In this document: positions 23,301-36,968 of the stretch, piece after piece
How positions within the stretch are numbered: position 1 is the stretch's first letter
Layout of the letters: each line of letters opens with the position of its first letter
Notes under the pieces: model-generated
The model's database searches: none
What the model was told of the DNA's origin: nothing
Seen by the model: only the letters and a program-made list of their open reading frames with translations
Made by a program: the position numbers and the translations under genes
Source: Octopus bimaculoides
Lineage: Eukaryota
Assembly (NCBI RefSeq): GCF_001194135.2
Contig: NC_068984.1
Span: 29,293,329 to 29,357,328 of the forward strand
DNA: 64,000 nt
Direction of reading: 5' to 3'

Positions 23301-24194
23301 GTGAAAAGGGACTGTCTGTGCGTCTCGGGCGGAGAAAATATAATAAGGGGCTTCGTACGAAAGCAGTGTTTTAATTCTGTTTCATCGCTAATATTTACAT
23401 CACCGAAAGACATCTACATATACAAACTCATATATACATAACCTACATACACGTACTTAATATATACATACATACACACACACACACACACATACACACA
23501 CATGCACGCATGCATACATACATATATACATACATACATACATACATGGAGTAAACGGTAAAGATCCACTTCGGTCATGAATGACAATCGAATTGCTCCT
23601 AGAAAGTTCCCCTCCGAGGCACAAGTCCGGGCAAGGTTGTTTATTTCAACAGGTGAGTGAATTGGAACAACGTGAAATAAAGTGTCTTGTTCAAGAACAC
23701 AACACACAGCCCCATCCATCCATCCATCCATCCATCCATCCATCCATCCATCTATCCATCCATCCATTCATCCATCCATCCATACATACATACATAGGTA
23801 GTACAAACATACATACATACGTACATACATACATACACACATACTGGAGCACTAGGTTTTGTTAGTAAAGGCGTAAAGGAGAATTTGGATAATAAGAAAG
23901 AGTAATCGACCGGTTAGTTCGTACATTACAAGTGCAATTTGAGAATGGAACAGTAAAAATGTGCAAGACTTTTCTCAAGTTCCAAATGTGAATTTGTGTT
24001 AACTACATCCCAAAGACTGAGCATTGTATTTTTGTTCGAAACCGGCTCTCTCCTCAGTGGAAGATTTATAATAATTAAAAACTAGAAGTCACATACATAC
24101 ATACATACATACATACATACATACATACATAAATACATACATACATACATACATACATAAAACATACATACATACATGTGTATACATTGGGACA

Positions 24195-24237
<43 letters not shown>

Positions 24238-24240
24238 ATG

Positions 24241-24271
<31 letters not shown>

Positions 24272-24735
24272 ATGCACAAACACACAAACACATACACACA
24301 AATACCCAAACAATTACTTACATATGTACGATGGGCTGCAACAGTTTCTCTCAGTCGAATTTCACTCACAGGCCATTCGTCAACCCGAACCTATAGTAAA
24401 ATACACCTGCTGAAGGTGACACAGAGTAGGAATGCGGGACGTACATATATACATACACACAGACCACTTACACACATTTCTGTTTGTTAACGGTAGTAGT
24501 TTGAAAGCCAACCACTATGAGTGTAATGTTTATATCAGTCGACTGCCCAAACGTCTAATTGATTATCTCTCGTTACACCAACGGCCACCTTGCATTTGTA
24601 CCTTACGAAAACGATGAAATAAATATCAAACAACGTACTGACGTCGATATAATAAACTGAAACAGCTGAAATCTGTGCCCCAGCAAGGCCGTAAGTTAGT
24701 AACTCAAACCAATAAAAGAATATAAAGAGAATGTA

Positions 24736-25214
<479 letters not shown>

Positions 25215-25585
25215 ATGAATCTCGCGGCAAAAATTAGATATTTTTTAAAGTCAGAAATATCAAGAATCTATAGAACTGTATATCTGTACGTGTTATTCTT
25301 GTTACAATTATAGTGGTTTCGACCCAGGTTAGACCTGGTTGGAGCAGGCCTATGATCCATGACATTCCGATCGTGACCAAATCCTCTTTTGTTTTCCAAT
25401 ATAGTCTTTTATCTGAGACTACATTATCCAGTGTGCTTTTCTGTATTTGAGAAAGTACGGTGTAGTTTGAAGGAGATTTTGCCTACAATATCTAGCAGGT
25501 TGATGAACTGCATTGACGCTTATCTTGTTGACTCGTATCTCTGCGTGTTTCCTTACAATATTATGGAGTCTGTCTGCCATACAGG

Positions 25586-25619
25586 CTGTTGCTGTTGCTG
25601 CTGTTGTTGTTGTTGCTGT

Positions 25620-25681
<62 letters not shown>

Positions 25682-25684
25682 CTG
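25586..25684 (-). repeat. Mixed (CAG/CAA)33 trinucleotide tract
   Basis: 99 nt of in-register CAG/CAA units on the minus strand. Confidence 0.9.
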
Positions 25685-26020
25685 TGCAGCACGGATCTTG
25701 AGAGAGTAATTACTTGGATAGGACCGCATGATTTTTCACTAAATATACATAATTAATAACCTTCCGAGTTACGCAGAACAGGCTTATTGCAATATCCTCA
25801 TCGGACATACTGCGAACTAGTTATTACTGACACGCGCTCACGCACACACGCACAAACATAAACTCACGCACATACGTACAAGGCGGTGCATAGAAACATA
25901 GATACGCACAGAGACACATACGCAAACGTGCATCTACAAATATACGCGTAAACACGCGGAGATACAAACATATACTAACATACACACAACCATACAGTTA
26001 CTCGTACACACACACACAAA

Positions 26021-26065
<45 letters not shown>

Positions 26066-26180
26066 AGATAGTGATACAATTCATAAATTGTTCTCCACCT
26101 CATAGACACCTATACAGTCCTGCACACAAAGACATACATTAAGACATAGGCATCCACATACATATATACACAAACGCATA

Positions 26181-26404
26181 TTCTTTTACTTGTTACAGTC
26201 ATAAGACTGCAGCCATGCTGGAGCACAGCCTTGAGGAATTTTAGTCGGTCGAACTAACAGACTCCAGTATTGTTTTGAAACCTGGTACTTATTCTATTGA
26301 TCTGTTTTGCCGAACCGCTAAGGTACGGGGATGTAAACACACCATCACCGGTCGTCAATCGGTGAGTGGTACACATACATACACAAAGATACACATACAC
26401 AAAT
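26181..26404 (-). mobile_element. SINE family B, 3' half (rest in gap)
   Basis: TTTTACTTGTTACAGTCAT..CCATGCTGGAGCAC..TTTTGCCGAACCGCTAAG is the reverse complement of the family B tail. Confidence 0.75.
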
Positions 26405-26754
26405 NNNNNNNNNNNNNNNNNNNNNNNNNNNNNNNNNNNNNNNNNNNNNNNNNNNNNNNNNNNNNNNNNNNNNNNNNNNNNNNNNNNNNNNNNNNNNNNN
26501 NNNNNNNNNNNNNNNNNNNNNNNNNNNNNNNNNNNNNNNNNNNNNNNNNNNNNNNNNNNNNNNNNNNNNNNNNNNNNNNNNNNNNNNNNNNNNNNNNNNN
26601 NNNNNNNNNNNNNNNNNNNNNNNNNNNNNNNNNNNNNNNNNNNNNNNNNNNNNNNNNNNNNNNNNNNNNNNNNNNNNNNNNNNNNNNNNNNNNNNNNNNN
26701 NNNNNNNNNNNNNNNNNNNNNNNNNNNATCATCCAACAATAATGAATCAGTCAT

Positions 26755-27087
26755 AAGGTGGCAAGCTGGCAGAACCGTTAGCACGCCGGGTGAAATGTTT
26801 AGCGGTATTTCGTCTGTCTACGTTCTGAGTTCAATTTCCGTCGAGGTCGACTTTGCTTTTCATCCTTTCGGGGTCGATAAATTAAGTACCGGTTACACAC
26901 TGGAGTCGATGTAACCGACTTAATCCGTTTGTCTGTCCTTATTTGTCTCCTCTATTTTTAGCCCCTTGTGGGCAATAAAGAAATAAGAAACGTTAGCACG
27001 CCGAGCGAAATGCTTAGCGTTATTTTGTCTGTCTTTATGTTCTGAGTTCAAATTCCGCCGAGGCTGACTTTACCTTTCATCTTTTCT
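26755..27087 (+). mobile_element. SINE family C plus a second tandem partial unit
   Basis: AAGGTGGCAAGCTGGCAGAACCGTTAGCACGCCGG..; the GTTAGCACGCCGAGCGAAATGCTTAGCG unit restarts at about 26993. Confidence 0.85.
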
Positions 27088-27799
27088 GCCACTCTCCTGA
27101 CGCAGGGCAGCACTACCTCCAAGCACTTGATATGGGCCTCCGTGTTGAGTCTGAGGTCGTGTGGTAAGATGAATGGAGGTATAGTGTTGCCATCACTAGT
27201 GATGACTACAAACACCATGATGTTGACTGGATGTTTGATTTTTATCACTCGCGGTACATGTTTTGGGGACATGGCAAGCCAACGACTGTTCTGTGTGTTC
27301 ACCATCTGAGCCTGACAGAAATTTTCTTCGTCTGAGAAAAGCCAAAGCATGTTCGTTTGAAGGGGATACTTGAGTTTGGTATTTCTACTTGTCCTTGATG
27401 ACTTGGGATAAAAATTGACCCTTTCTCATCTTGTATGACGAATACCGAATGTCTTTATGCACTACCTGCATGATAAGAAACTCCCTAGCGATGGACCTGA
27501 ATGCCTTAGAAGGATTGTTGTGCACCATGGCCTGGATTTCAATAGCAAATTCAGGATTTCTTTTCTTATCAGAACAATCAGTGAGTTTTCCAAGATGCTG
27601 TACCTTCGTAACCTCCATTAGCCTCATCCAACTCTTTCCGAATCCTCTGAACTGTCCTCAGGTTGACACCCAAACACTCTGAAATGCTCGTATTGGAACT
27701 TCTGGAGCGAATGCTAAGCAGTACTGCATGTCGTTTCCAAATTTCTGGCGTCATGGTGCTGTTTTGCTCACAGACGATACCCAACTGAAGTAATACCAA
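27088..27799 (-). pseudogene. Tc1/mariner-superfamily (DD37D-like) transposase relic, truncated at both ends
   Basis: ATG at 27754: MTPEIWKRHAVLLSIR..GVNLRTVQRIRKEL (HTH), then LFSDEENFCQAQMVNTQNSRWLA..KHPVNIMVFVVITSDG. Frameshifted; no TIR seen. Confidence 0.8.
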
Positions 27800-28750
27800 C
27801 CTTGTAGTAATATCTGCATGTCTGACAAGCTCGTCCTTAGAGTCTCTGTACATTATTACAATATTACATTTTGCTACTTTAAGTTATTCCACTACAGACG
27901 ACAGGCGAAGTTGTAGCTGTCCCGATCTTATGTACAGACCTATTGAAGTGAAGTTTGGGGGGGCACACCTAGCCATCTTCGGGAGTATTTATTTAATCTT
28001 ATTCTGCACACTTTCCACACTTGTCATCGGAATATCATACAGCGTCAACAACCATATGAGTCTTGGGAGCAGTCCGTGTTGGTAGAGCCGTGCCCTGAAC
28101 TTTTCTAGAAGCCCTGATCTATCAATCCGTATCAGCCTCCTCTGCTTGTTTCACGGTGTTGGGGACATTGCTTCTGTCTGACAGCAACTTGTCAAACATC
28201 TTTCCAAGACATTTAATAGGATTTTCCTCTATTGATGGAATGGCTTCTCTTTGTACTTGCAGCCTGATTTTGTTGGTTACTGTGCCTCCCCCACCCCGAT
28301 CACCATGCACTTCGATCTTTTGGGCTTAAACCTCATTCTTGCCCATGTCGCCATGTGTTCTAGTGAAGTCAGCACTCTTTATACATCCACATGGGTTGCA
28401 GTTGTTACCGTAATATCATCCATGAATCCCCTTATTGAGTGCTGACAGCTGCCTGATTTCATAGTTGATCCTTAGGCTTCTCTATCAGCAGTTGATATGA
28501 GGAGAATCATAACCGCGATGAACAGAATGGGGGAAATCGTGCATCCAGTCAGGATTACTTTCTCAACGACTTTCCACCAAGTAGCTGGATGCATCCAAAA
28601 TAACTGCTGATTATTCCCTTGAAATACGGGGGAATATAATAGTAGTCAAGGGCTACATTTATGAGGGAATGCGGAATTGATCCGTATGCATTTTCTAGAT
28701 CCAGCCAAACCACTGTCAAGTTACCTTCACTTCTCTTAGCCTCTTGCATC
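27800..28750 (-). pseudogene. Non-LTR retrotransposon RT relic, R2-superfamily (HERO-like)
   Basis: VVWLDLENAYGSIPH, ILTGCTISPILF, catalytic GFMDD, IPSIEENPIKCLGK, LQLRLSSVVE*LKVAKC..MYRDSKDELVRHADITTR. Confidence 0.85.
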
Positions 28751-29404
28751 AGTATGTATGTGTGTGTGTGTGTGAATATATATATATATATATATATATA
28801 AAGTGTAGTATATTGCCACTTAAGTGTGGCTGACCCCTAGGGGTGGATGTTACTGTTGCTTTTAGCCCCAGGAGGACATCTCCTCCAGCTGGCTTATCGA
28901 CACACGACTGTGTCCTGTTTGCCAAGGGAGTTATCCCTNNNNNNNNNNNNNNNNNNNNNNNNNNNNNNNAGTATATGCATATATACGTACAGGTATGTGC
29001 ATACCGACATCCACCTGTATGTATAGGTGCATATCTGGGTACAGGACATTGCAAACAAAACGTAGACGAGAAAACACACAAGCCACATAGAGAACATTCT
29101 ACTTCATCAGCTACCCACGTTTTAACACCGGCGTTTCGACGAGCTTGGGCAGGACGCATCGTTAAAACGGCTCATCCCACGGACCGCAGATTAAATTTGT
29201 ATACGCAAATTAAATCTTGCCATGGAGGAATGTAGTGGCGGACAAAAAACAAGACAGGAAAACAAACAGAAAAGGCTTTACGGCCAGACGAGAAAAATTA
29301 TGTGTGTTATATATATATATATAACTTGTCATAGTGAAGTCAAGCCAAATAGTAGTATTTAGAAAATATTTAATACGTACGTTCCAGTTCTGCGTAATAT
29401 GTTG

Positions 29405-29790
29405 CCTCTGAATTTTGGCACAAGGCCAGCTAATTCAGGGGTTGGTGGTGGTAAGTTCATTACATCAACCCCAGTGTTCAGATTTTACTTATTTTATCGA
29501 TCCACAAAAGATGAAGGGCATAGTCGACCTCGGCGGAATTTGAACTCAGAACGTAAAGACTGACGAAATACCGCTAAACATTTTGCTTGGCGTGCTGACG
29601 ATTCTGCAAGTTCGCTCATCCCATTTAAGGTTTGCGTCATATATATAACAGGAAATATTCCTCCGAGTTCGACCTTACCTTTCATTCCTTCGTGGTCGAT
29701 ATAATAGGTACCAGTTGAATACTGAGGTCGATGTAATCGACTTAACCCTCTCTCGAACTTGTTGTCATTGTGCCAAAGTTTGAAATCAAT
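29405..29790. mobile_element. Two SINE family C copies in opposite orientation (minus about 29405-29625, plus about 29660-29790)
   Basis: AAAGATGAAGGGCATAGTCGACCTCGGCGGAATTTGAACTC versus TCCGAGTTCGACCTTACCTTTCATTCCTTCGTGGTCGAT. Confidence 0.75.
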
Positions 29791-30314
29791 ATATAGGAGG
29801 AAATGCATCCATTACATAAGACCTCTCTCAGTTAAAACATTTCGAAATCTATGCGCGCGCATTAGTGTGTGTATGTTTCATATCTGTATCTGTATGTATG
29901 TATGTATGTATATATACATACATACATACATACATAAATATATATNNNNNNNNNNNNNNNNNNNNNNNNNNNNNNNNNNNNNNNNNNNNNNNNNNNNNNN
30001 NNNNNNNNNNNNNNNNNNNNNNNNNNNNNNNNNNNNNNNNNNNNNNNNNNNNNNNNNNNNNNNNNNNNTATATATATATATATATATATACATGTATACG
30101 CACATACATTCATACACACATACGTACATATATACATGTGTGTGCATGTGTGCGTGTGTGTGTGTGTATGTGTGTGTGTGTGCGCGCGTGTGTGTATGTA
30201 TGTGTGTGTGTGTGTGTGGTAGCAGATAATTTTCATTGAACCAAGGAAAATATTTCCTTTAGTTGTTCTATCTTTCTATCTATCTATCTATCTATCTATC
30301 TACATGCACGCACT

Positions 30315-30364
<50 letters not shown>

Positions 30365-31616
30365 CACCCATCCACACCCACACACACACATTAAAGTTAA
30401 GGACGAGAAACGATGAAAGATCACTTTGGCAGTGCGCTAGAACACACAAGCGCAATTTCGGCCACCCCACCCATATATCAGAGGAACATACGGTGTAAGA
30501 CAGATAGAAGGAGAGATGGTGCCAGGTACGTGTTTTATTGATTAAGAAAGGATGAAAGGCAATATTGGGTATGGCAGGATTTGAACTTATAACACTGAGA
30601 GCCGGGATAAATATCGGAAGGCATTAATGCATTCTTTACGATGCTCTGATGATTCTGAATATCGAACGATGTATGTATGTATGCATGTATGTATGTATGT
30701 ATGCATGTATGTATGTATGTATGCATGAATGTAAGTATGTATGTATGTATGTATGTATGAATGTATGTATGTATGTATGTATGTAAGTATGTGTATAAGT
30801 ATGTATACACACATATGTATGTATATATACTCACATATGTACTCACACATAATACAAATGATATATATATATACATACATACATACATACGTATATNNNN
30901 NNNNNNNNNNNNNNNNNNNNNNNNNNNNNNNNNNNNNNNNNNNNNNNNNNNNNNNNNNNNNNNNNNNNNNNNNNNNNNNNNNNNNNNNNNNNNNNNNNNN
31001 NNNNNNNNNNNNNNNNNNNNNNNNNNNNNNNNNNNNNNNNNNNNNNNNNNNNNNNNNNNNNNNNNNNNNNNNNNNNNATATATATATATATATATATATA
31101 CAAATGTATATACACATATATACATGCACATATATATGTATGTATATGTATGTATTTATACATATATAATATAATATAATATAATATATGGTTACACCGA
31201 CATAGGCACATATACATACGCTTACATTTATATATTCATGCGCATATGCAGATACACACCGATAGGTTATGGGCTTCAACACGCATGAGTTGTGTGTTTC
31301 ATCAACCTGCATGCTTTTATGCCTGATACGTAACAGAAGAAAGTTGCGGCTGAATTGAAAGGAATAAGATATAATATTATAAAACATTCTTGCCACGTTT
31401 CGATATCGTTTCTCATGTATCAATGCATCGGACATGTCTCTCGTTTAATGTTCACAAAACAAATTTGTATGAAGCCGTAGTAACAACAGCCAGTCTCACT
31501 CTCACACTCTCTGTTACACACACACATATACCCACAGTGCGCTGACACATGCACCTTTGTATGTATGTATGTATGTATGCATGTATGTATGTATGTATGT
31601 ACGTTTCTGTCTGTCT

Positions 31617-31652
<36 letters not shown>

Positions 31653-31673
31653 ATTATGTATGTATGTATGTAC

Positions 31674-31734
<61 letters not shown>

Positions 31735-32334
31735 CTTCTACCTACCTGTTCGTCTCCATGTCTGTATGCCCATGTTTGTCTATGTACATGTATGTGATTT
31801 ATATATATACATTCCCGCACACACGCATACACAGTCACACACGCACACACACAGATATTGAGTCACACATACACACGTACGCACACATACATAAATAATT
31901 GAAATATTTGTATATTGTTCTATAATCCCCTGAAAAATGAAAAACAAATGCATGAAAATTTCTAAAACAGGTCAATGGTTAGAACTATTACGTGGTATTT
32001 TTATATTCTAATGTTAGGACCCATTCTTCAGGAAATCTACGGAGATTTTGCTGAGAACTGATGCCACTGCTCTGCAAAAAATTTCTCCGTGACACTGACA
32101 TCTACCATCTTTGATGAAGGTCCGAAAAAAGCCGAAAATCAATTAGTTTTTTTAATTTAGGGGCAAATAGGCAAATTCGTTGTGTTTGTATGTTTAATAC
32201 TTAGGGTTACATATGATATATCATACCTCGATACGTTGAGGACAAGGTTTCTCGTAGTCAGGCTTCTTATATTAAAAGAAGTATCAATTAACTATTAACT
32301 GATCTTATTGTACTATACGTTATATACTGTAAAG

Positions 32335-32730
32335 TAGCAAGCTGGCTGAAGCGTTAGCTAAGCGACGTTTTACTCTGGGTCTGTGTTCAAATTCCGACGA
32401 CGTCAACTTTGCCTATACTAGGGTCGATGTAATCGACTTGCTCTTTTGCACAAATTTCAGGTGTTGTGCCTATAGTAGAAAATCTTATTTCTTTTTATTG
32501 TGAAGGCGGGGATCTGGCAGAACTTTTAGTACGCTGGACAAAATTCTTTGAGGCATATTGTCTGAGCTTTTGTTCTGAGTTCAAATTCAGCTGAAATCAA
32601 CCTTGCTGATAAAATATGCATCAGGCAAGTATTGGCGTCGATAATATATATACGAGACAAGTACAGGATCCAATGTAACCAACTTACTTTTTCGCTTAAA
32701 AGCTGTTGGCCCTGTGCAAAGTTTTGGCAC
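32335..32730 (+). mobile_element. Cluster of three partial SINE family C copies
   Basis: Repeated GCTGGC(T/A)GAA heads and GTTCAAATTC B boxes at about 32385 and 32580. Confidence 0.65.
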
Positions 32731-33079
32731 AGGGTCAGCAGTTCATGTTTTCAAATACCATCTCCATACTTCTTTACGCTCCAATCTCACATAATTGACT
32801 TTGCTTTCTTTTTTAAAAATGTTATCCAATTTGGATCGATCAGTCAAGAAGTTGCACCCTGTAATCTAATGTGCCCAGCCATGAAGGTTTTAGGAATTTC
32901 TCTTAAAATATAATTTCGGTTTTCTGTTTTAAAGTGGATGGGAATAGCTTAGTTTTAACTAATACTTGTAATCAGATCTTTAACATTTTCTTACAAAATT
33001 ATTACTGGATGACCATGCAGATATGTAATCTATGAACTAATGCATATAAAAAAAGATAGGGATAAAGAACATCCTGAAG

Positions 33080-33291
33080 CCATATAGATTCGCACGGCCA
33101 GTTTCTCGGTTTCCGTGGCGTATATATTCCCAATTTGAACAAGATGCCGGTCCGTCGCAGGATTACTTATATAGATCAGCCGAGTGGACTGGAGCAACAT
33201 GAATTGAAGTGTTTTGCTCAAATACAGGAATCGAAACTACAGTGTTACGATCACGAGTTTAAAACGCCTGACCACTTAGCCACACACCTCC
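33080..33291 (-). mobile_element. tRNA-derived SINE family D (CORE-like central domain)
   Basis: Minus strand GGAGGTGTGTGGCTAAGTGGTCAGG..GTTTCGATTCC..TTGAGCAAAACACTTCAATTCATGTTGCTCCAGTCCACTCGGCTG; related relics near 23640-23710 and 48590-48720. Confidence 0.6.
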
Positions 33292-34096
33292 ATTAAGAGT
33301 TACTATAAAAATTAGTTATTAAAACACCTCCTAGAAGGCATCGTTTACGCCTCGACCTGATAAAATAGCAACACAATCCCACTAAAATCACATCTTTCTC
33401 TCTTAAAAGAGGTAGGACATAACAGATAACGTGATCCTAGATAGATTAAGATAAGATAAAAAGACATGATGGTTATGGCAGCATAGCCTTTAATCATCGG
33501 CTTGATTCTTCAGTGTTATCATGGGGTTCAAACTATAGCATGAAAGTCAAAGAAGCATAGACAAAATACAAAGAGACAAGCAACAGATATTTGCTAGTAA
33601 TGGCGTAGATCATTCCATATAAAAATCCTTAAAATAGATAGCTAAATATAAATTATTCAACGTTAAATTTGGACATAGGATAGGATGTTCTGAGAAATTG
33701 ATATGGGATTTATAATGTGCAGCAAGTGTCATGGGATATATTGATAGGCTATTGGGAATCTCTCTTAACATACTGTGCCCACAGAAGGAAATTTAAAAGA
33801 AAAAAAAAAAAAGATGCCATTGATCTTTTATAGTGTGTGATATAAAGATTCGCTCGTATAAGGATCAAACGTTCTGCTCAACTCACGTTTCTGTACTAAT
33901 AATGTATTCGGCAGCATACATGTGTGCATACGCAGGCTACTCATTAACAAGTTAAAGTGACAAACTGTGAACATTTAAACACAAGGGAATCAGGCTATCC
34001 TAAAGTATTTCTTAGGAAATGTTCCTGTGTACCTACCTACCTACCTACCTACCTACATACATACATACATCATACATACATACATACATACATACA

Positions 34097-34129
<33 letters not shown>

Positions 34130-34799
34130 TGAAAGTCTTCGAGGAATAAGTGTCAAAATTTGACATCCACAAATATAATCAAATCCCTAGAGCTCCAAAC
34201 TTTACAAAAACGTGTGACTAACTTGAAATTCTTTGCTTAACTTAAGGACAGGTAAACCGTGTACTGTGTGCCTTTAGCATTTATAAACATAACAATTTGT
34301 AAGCAAATAACCAAGGTTTTCTTCTCAATGACACATCAACTGGTAGCTAGCCAAAATTTCTAGTAAATCATAATTAGCAGACAACAAGCAAACTAAAGTT
34401 GCTGCTACTAATATATTGATAAAATTGTCGGAATTATTTAAGGAAAAACGAAGTATTGTACCTTCCGATTTCATATTTCAGGTAAATTTGAAAATAAAGG
34501 ATGACTTAAGTAAGGAAAAAAAAAAAAAAACACCGTTGCACACACACGTGCACACAACACATACTCACACGTATTTCAAGTTATTGTTCTTGAGTAAAAT
34601 CACTACGACTCAATAAAAGGACGCAATACAGAGAAAAGTAAAGTGTATTTATATTTAAATGGATACTTTGAAACAATACTTTGTGTTGAAACACTTGTAA
34701 GGCTCTGATCAGAAATACTTTCTGATGCGACATATTCCGACCTTCAGAGATTAATCATTTCCCTTACACATGATTGCCAAACTTTGGTTTAACAATCAT

Positions 34800-35016
34800 G
34801 AGCCTGGGTATTAGTGAAGCTAGAAGTTCCAGTATCGATGGTCATACTCTGCAATTGGTGGATGAAATCTCATACTTAGGACTGAAGGCCGCCAAGCCCT
34901 ATCACTGAACCTGGGGAAAGTTACCACTGCCATGATCAAATTTTCCAAGAGAGTGTGCGTAAATAACAAGCTCATCACAACCACCCAAATTGCACTGTAT
35001 TGAGTTCTCTTTCCTC

Positions 35017-35070
<54 letters not shown>

Positions 35071-35335
35071 CTAAACAACATACATACAACACGAGAACCC
35101 CCTCACCAGAAGCTATTTGCAATATCTACATCGGATCTTAGGCCTCTAGTAAGAGAACTGAATGCCAAGTAAGGACTTATTGAACCAGGCCACAATGTTA
35201 AACATGTATATCTTACTTATTACGCCTGCCGCATGAAGGATGGCGGCATCCCTAAGGATATCTTTCCATGGGACAGTGCCCGGATACGGATCAGTAAGAC
35301 ACCTACCATTGCTTTACGGAGATGTTTGCAAAATT
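34800..35335 (+). pseudogene. RTE-clade LINE ORF2 relic interrupted by (GA)n
   Basis: SIDGHTLQLVDEISYLG (RT domain 7) and YACRMKDGGIPKDIF (RTE C-terminal GH..RM.D.RIPK..FYG motif). Confidence 0.65.
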
Positions 35336-35627
35336 GCTCAGATAAATGAGAAATAAATATATCAGAAAAGTTCCAAATCGTTGTAACCGGTGCAAGGATG
35401 CGTGTGAAGCGGTGATTGCCACTGAAGAGAATTTAACCCAGCTGTATTTGAATAAAGGAATGAGAAAAAGGATAGCCTCGGCCCCAATCATCCAACTGAA
35501 CCGTGTTCATCAGTGCCAAGGACCACCACTTAAAGAATTGGGTTGTTCAGTTATGAATGATTTTGCTTCTACGTTTGAATTGGGGCGCGTCTACTGCCTA
35601 CTCAAGCAGACAGAGCCATTAGTACAC

Positions 35628-35724
<97 letters not shown>

Positions 35725-36034
35725 GAGAGTTACTGAAAAGGTAAAAGGTCACTAGAACGTCTCGGAAGTCCAAGAAGTAAACTGAGATAAATATTTCACG
35801 TTTCAATCTGTTGTTTATTTTAAAAAAGTCTCTCTTCTCCGTTTGTTTAATTAACATAGATATATAGTGAAAGCACCGAGTGAACGGGTCGTTGTGCACT
35901 CTGTTTAAATATCTCGATCTGATGAACTGAAAGAATTTTACTGCTTAAGTTCATGTGAGTCTGTCTACCCACGACAACGACGACGACGACTACTACCACC
36001 ACCACTACCATCACCACCATCACCTCCTCATTCT

Positions 36035-36070
<36 letters not shown>

Positions 36071-36319
36071 TTACAGCTTGTAGTAGTAAGTAGTGCGCAT
36101 ACACTCCCAAATACACGCATGCACACACACACACATACGCCCCCCCACACACATACACGCGCACACATGTAACGGTTGTCGGCTTTTCGTACTTTTTAAA
36201 TGCATAAGTATGTACGTATGTATGTTGGATATATGTATGTGTGTGTGTGTGTGCGTGCGTGTGTGTGTGTGTATGTATAGCATATTGTAAAAGTTGTAAA
36301 GTGTTTTAGTTTCAAATGT

Positions 36320-36916
36320 TGGCATAGGGCTAGCGATTTCATGGGGAGGGGGTAAGTTGATTACATCGACCCCTGTCCTGAACTGGTACTTATTTTATCG
36401 ATCCTGAAAGGATGAAAGGTGAAATCCACCTCTGCGGAATTTGAACCCAGGACATAAACAGGTGTAGCATTATATGGATACTTTACACAGTGCAAACGTT
36501 ATCTGATATTGAACTCAATACATTGGCTAAAGTAGATAGATATGTTTATCGTGATAAAAGTTGGCGATCCATTCTGAATTCTACCCCAGACTGGAGCAGA
36601 ATGCCAACTAGGGTGTGGGTGGAGGAATGAAGAATGATGAAATTATTTGCGCTTTACATTTGTGTGGGCTGACTTCAGAAGAGTTTGTATGGATGGGATG
36701 ATCTGTCTCAAGTCATCTGTTTATGTTTATTTATATATTATGTGTACTTAATTTAGCGGAATTTCGTCCGTCTGTATTTCTGAGAGCAAATTCCGCCGAG
36801 TTCGACTTTGCCTTTCATCCCTTCGGGGTCGATAAATAAAGAACCAGTGAAACACAAGGGTCGATGTAATCGACTAGTCTCCTCCCCAAAATTTCAAGAC
36901 TTGTGCTTATAGTGGA

Positions 36917-36965
<49 letters not shown>
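36320..36965. mobile_element. Opposite-orientation SINE family C pair (minus about 36320-36460, plus about 36760-36965)
   Basis: TTTTATCGATCCTGAAAGGATGAAAGG versus CTTTGCCTTTCATCCCTTCGGGGTCGATAAA; the plus copy ends in (TTA)n. Confidence 0.75.

Positions 36966-36968
<3 letters not shown>

Noticed and set aside
25400-25580. Minus-strand ORF MADRLHNIVRKHAEIRVNK...
   Set aside because: It overlaps an old dispersed repeat (GAGATTT..CTAGCAGGT, also near 14000, 33350 and 48990).
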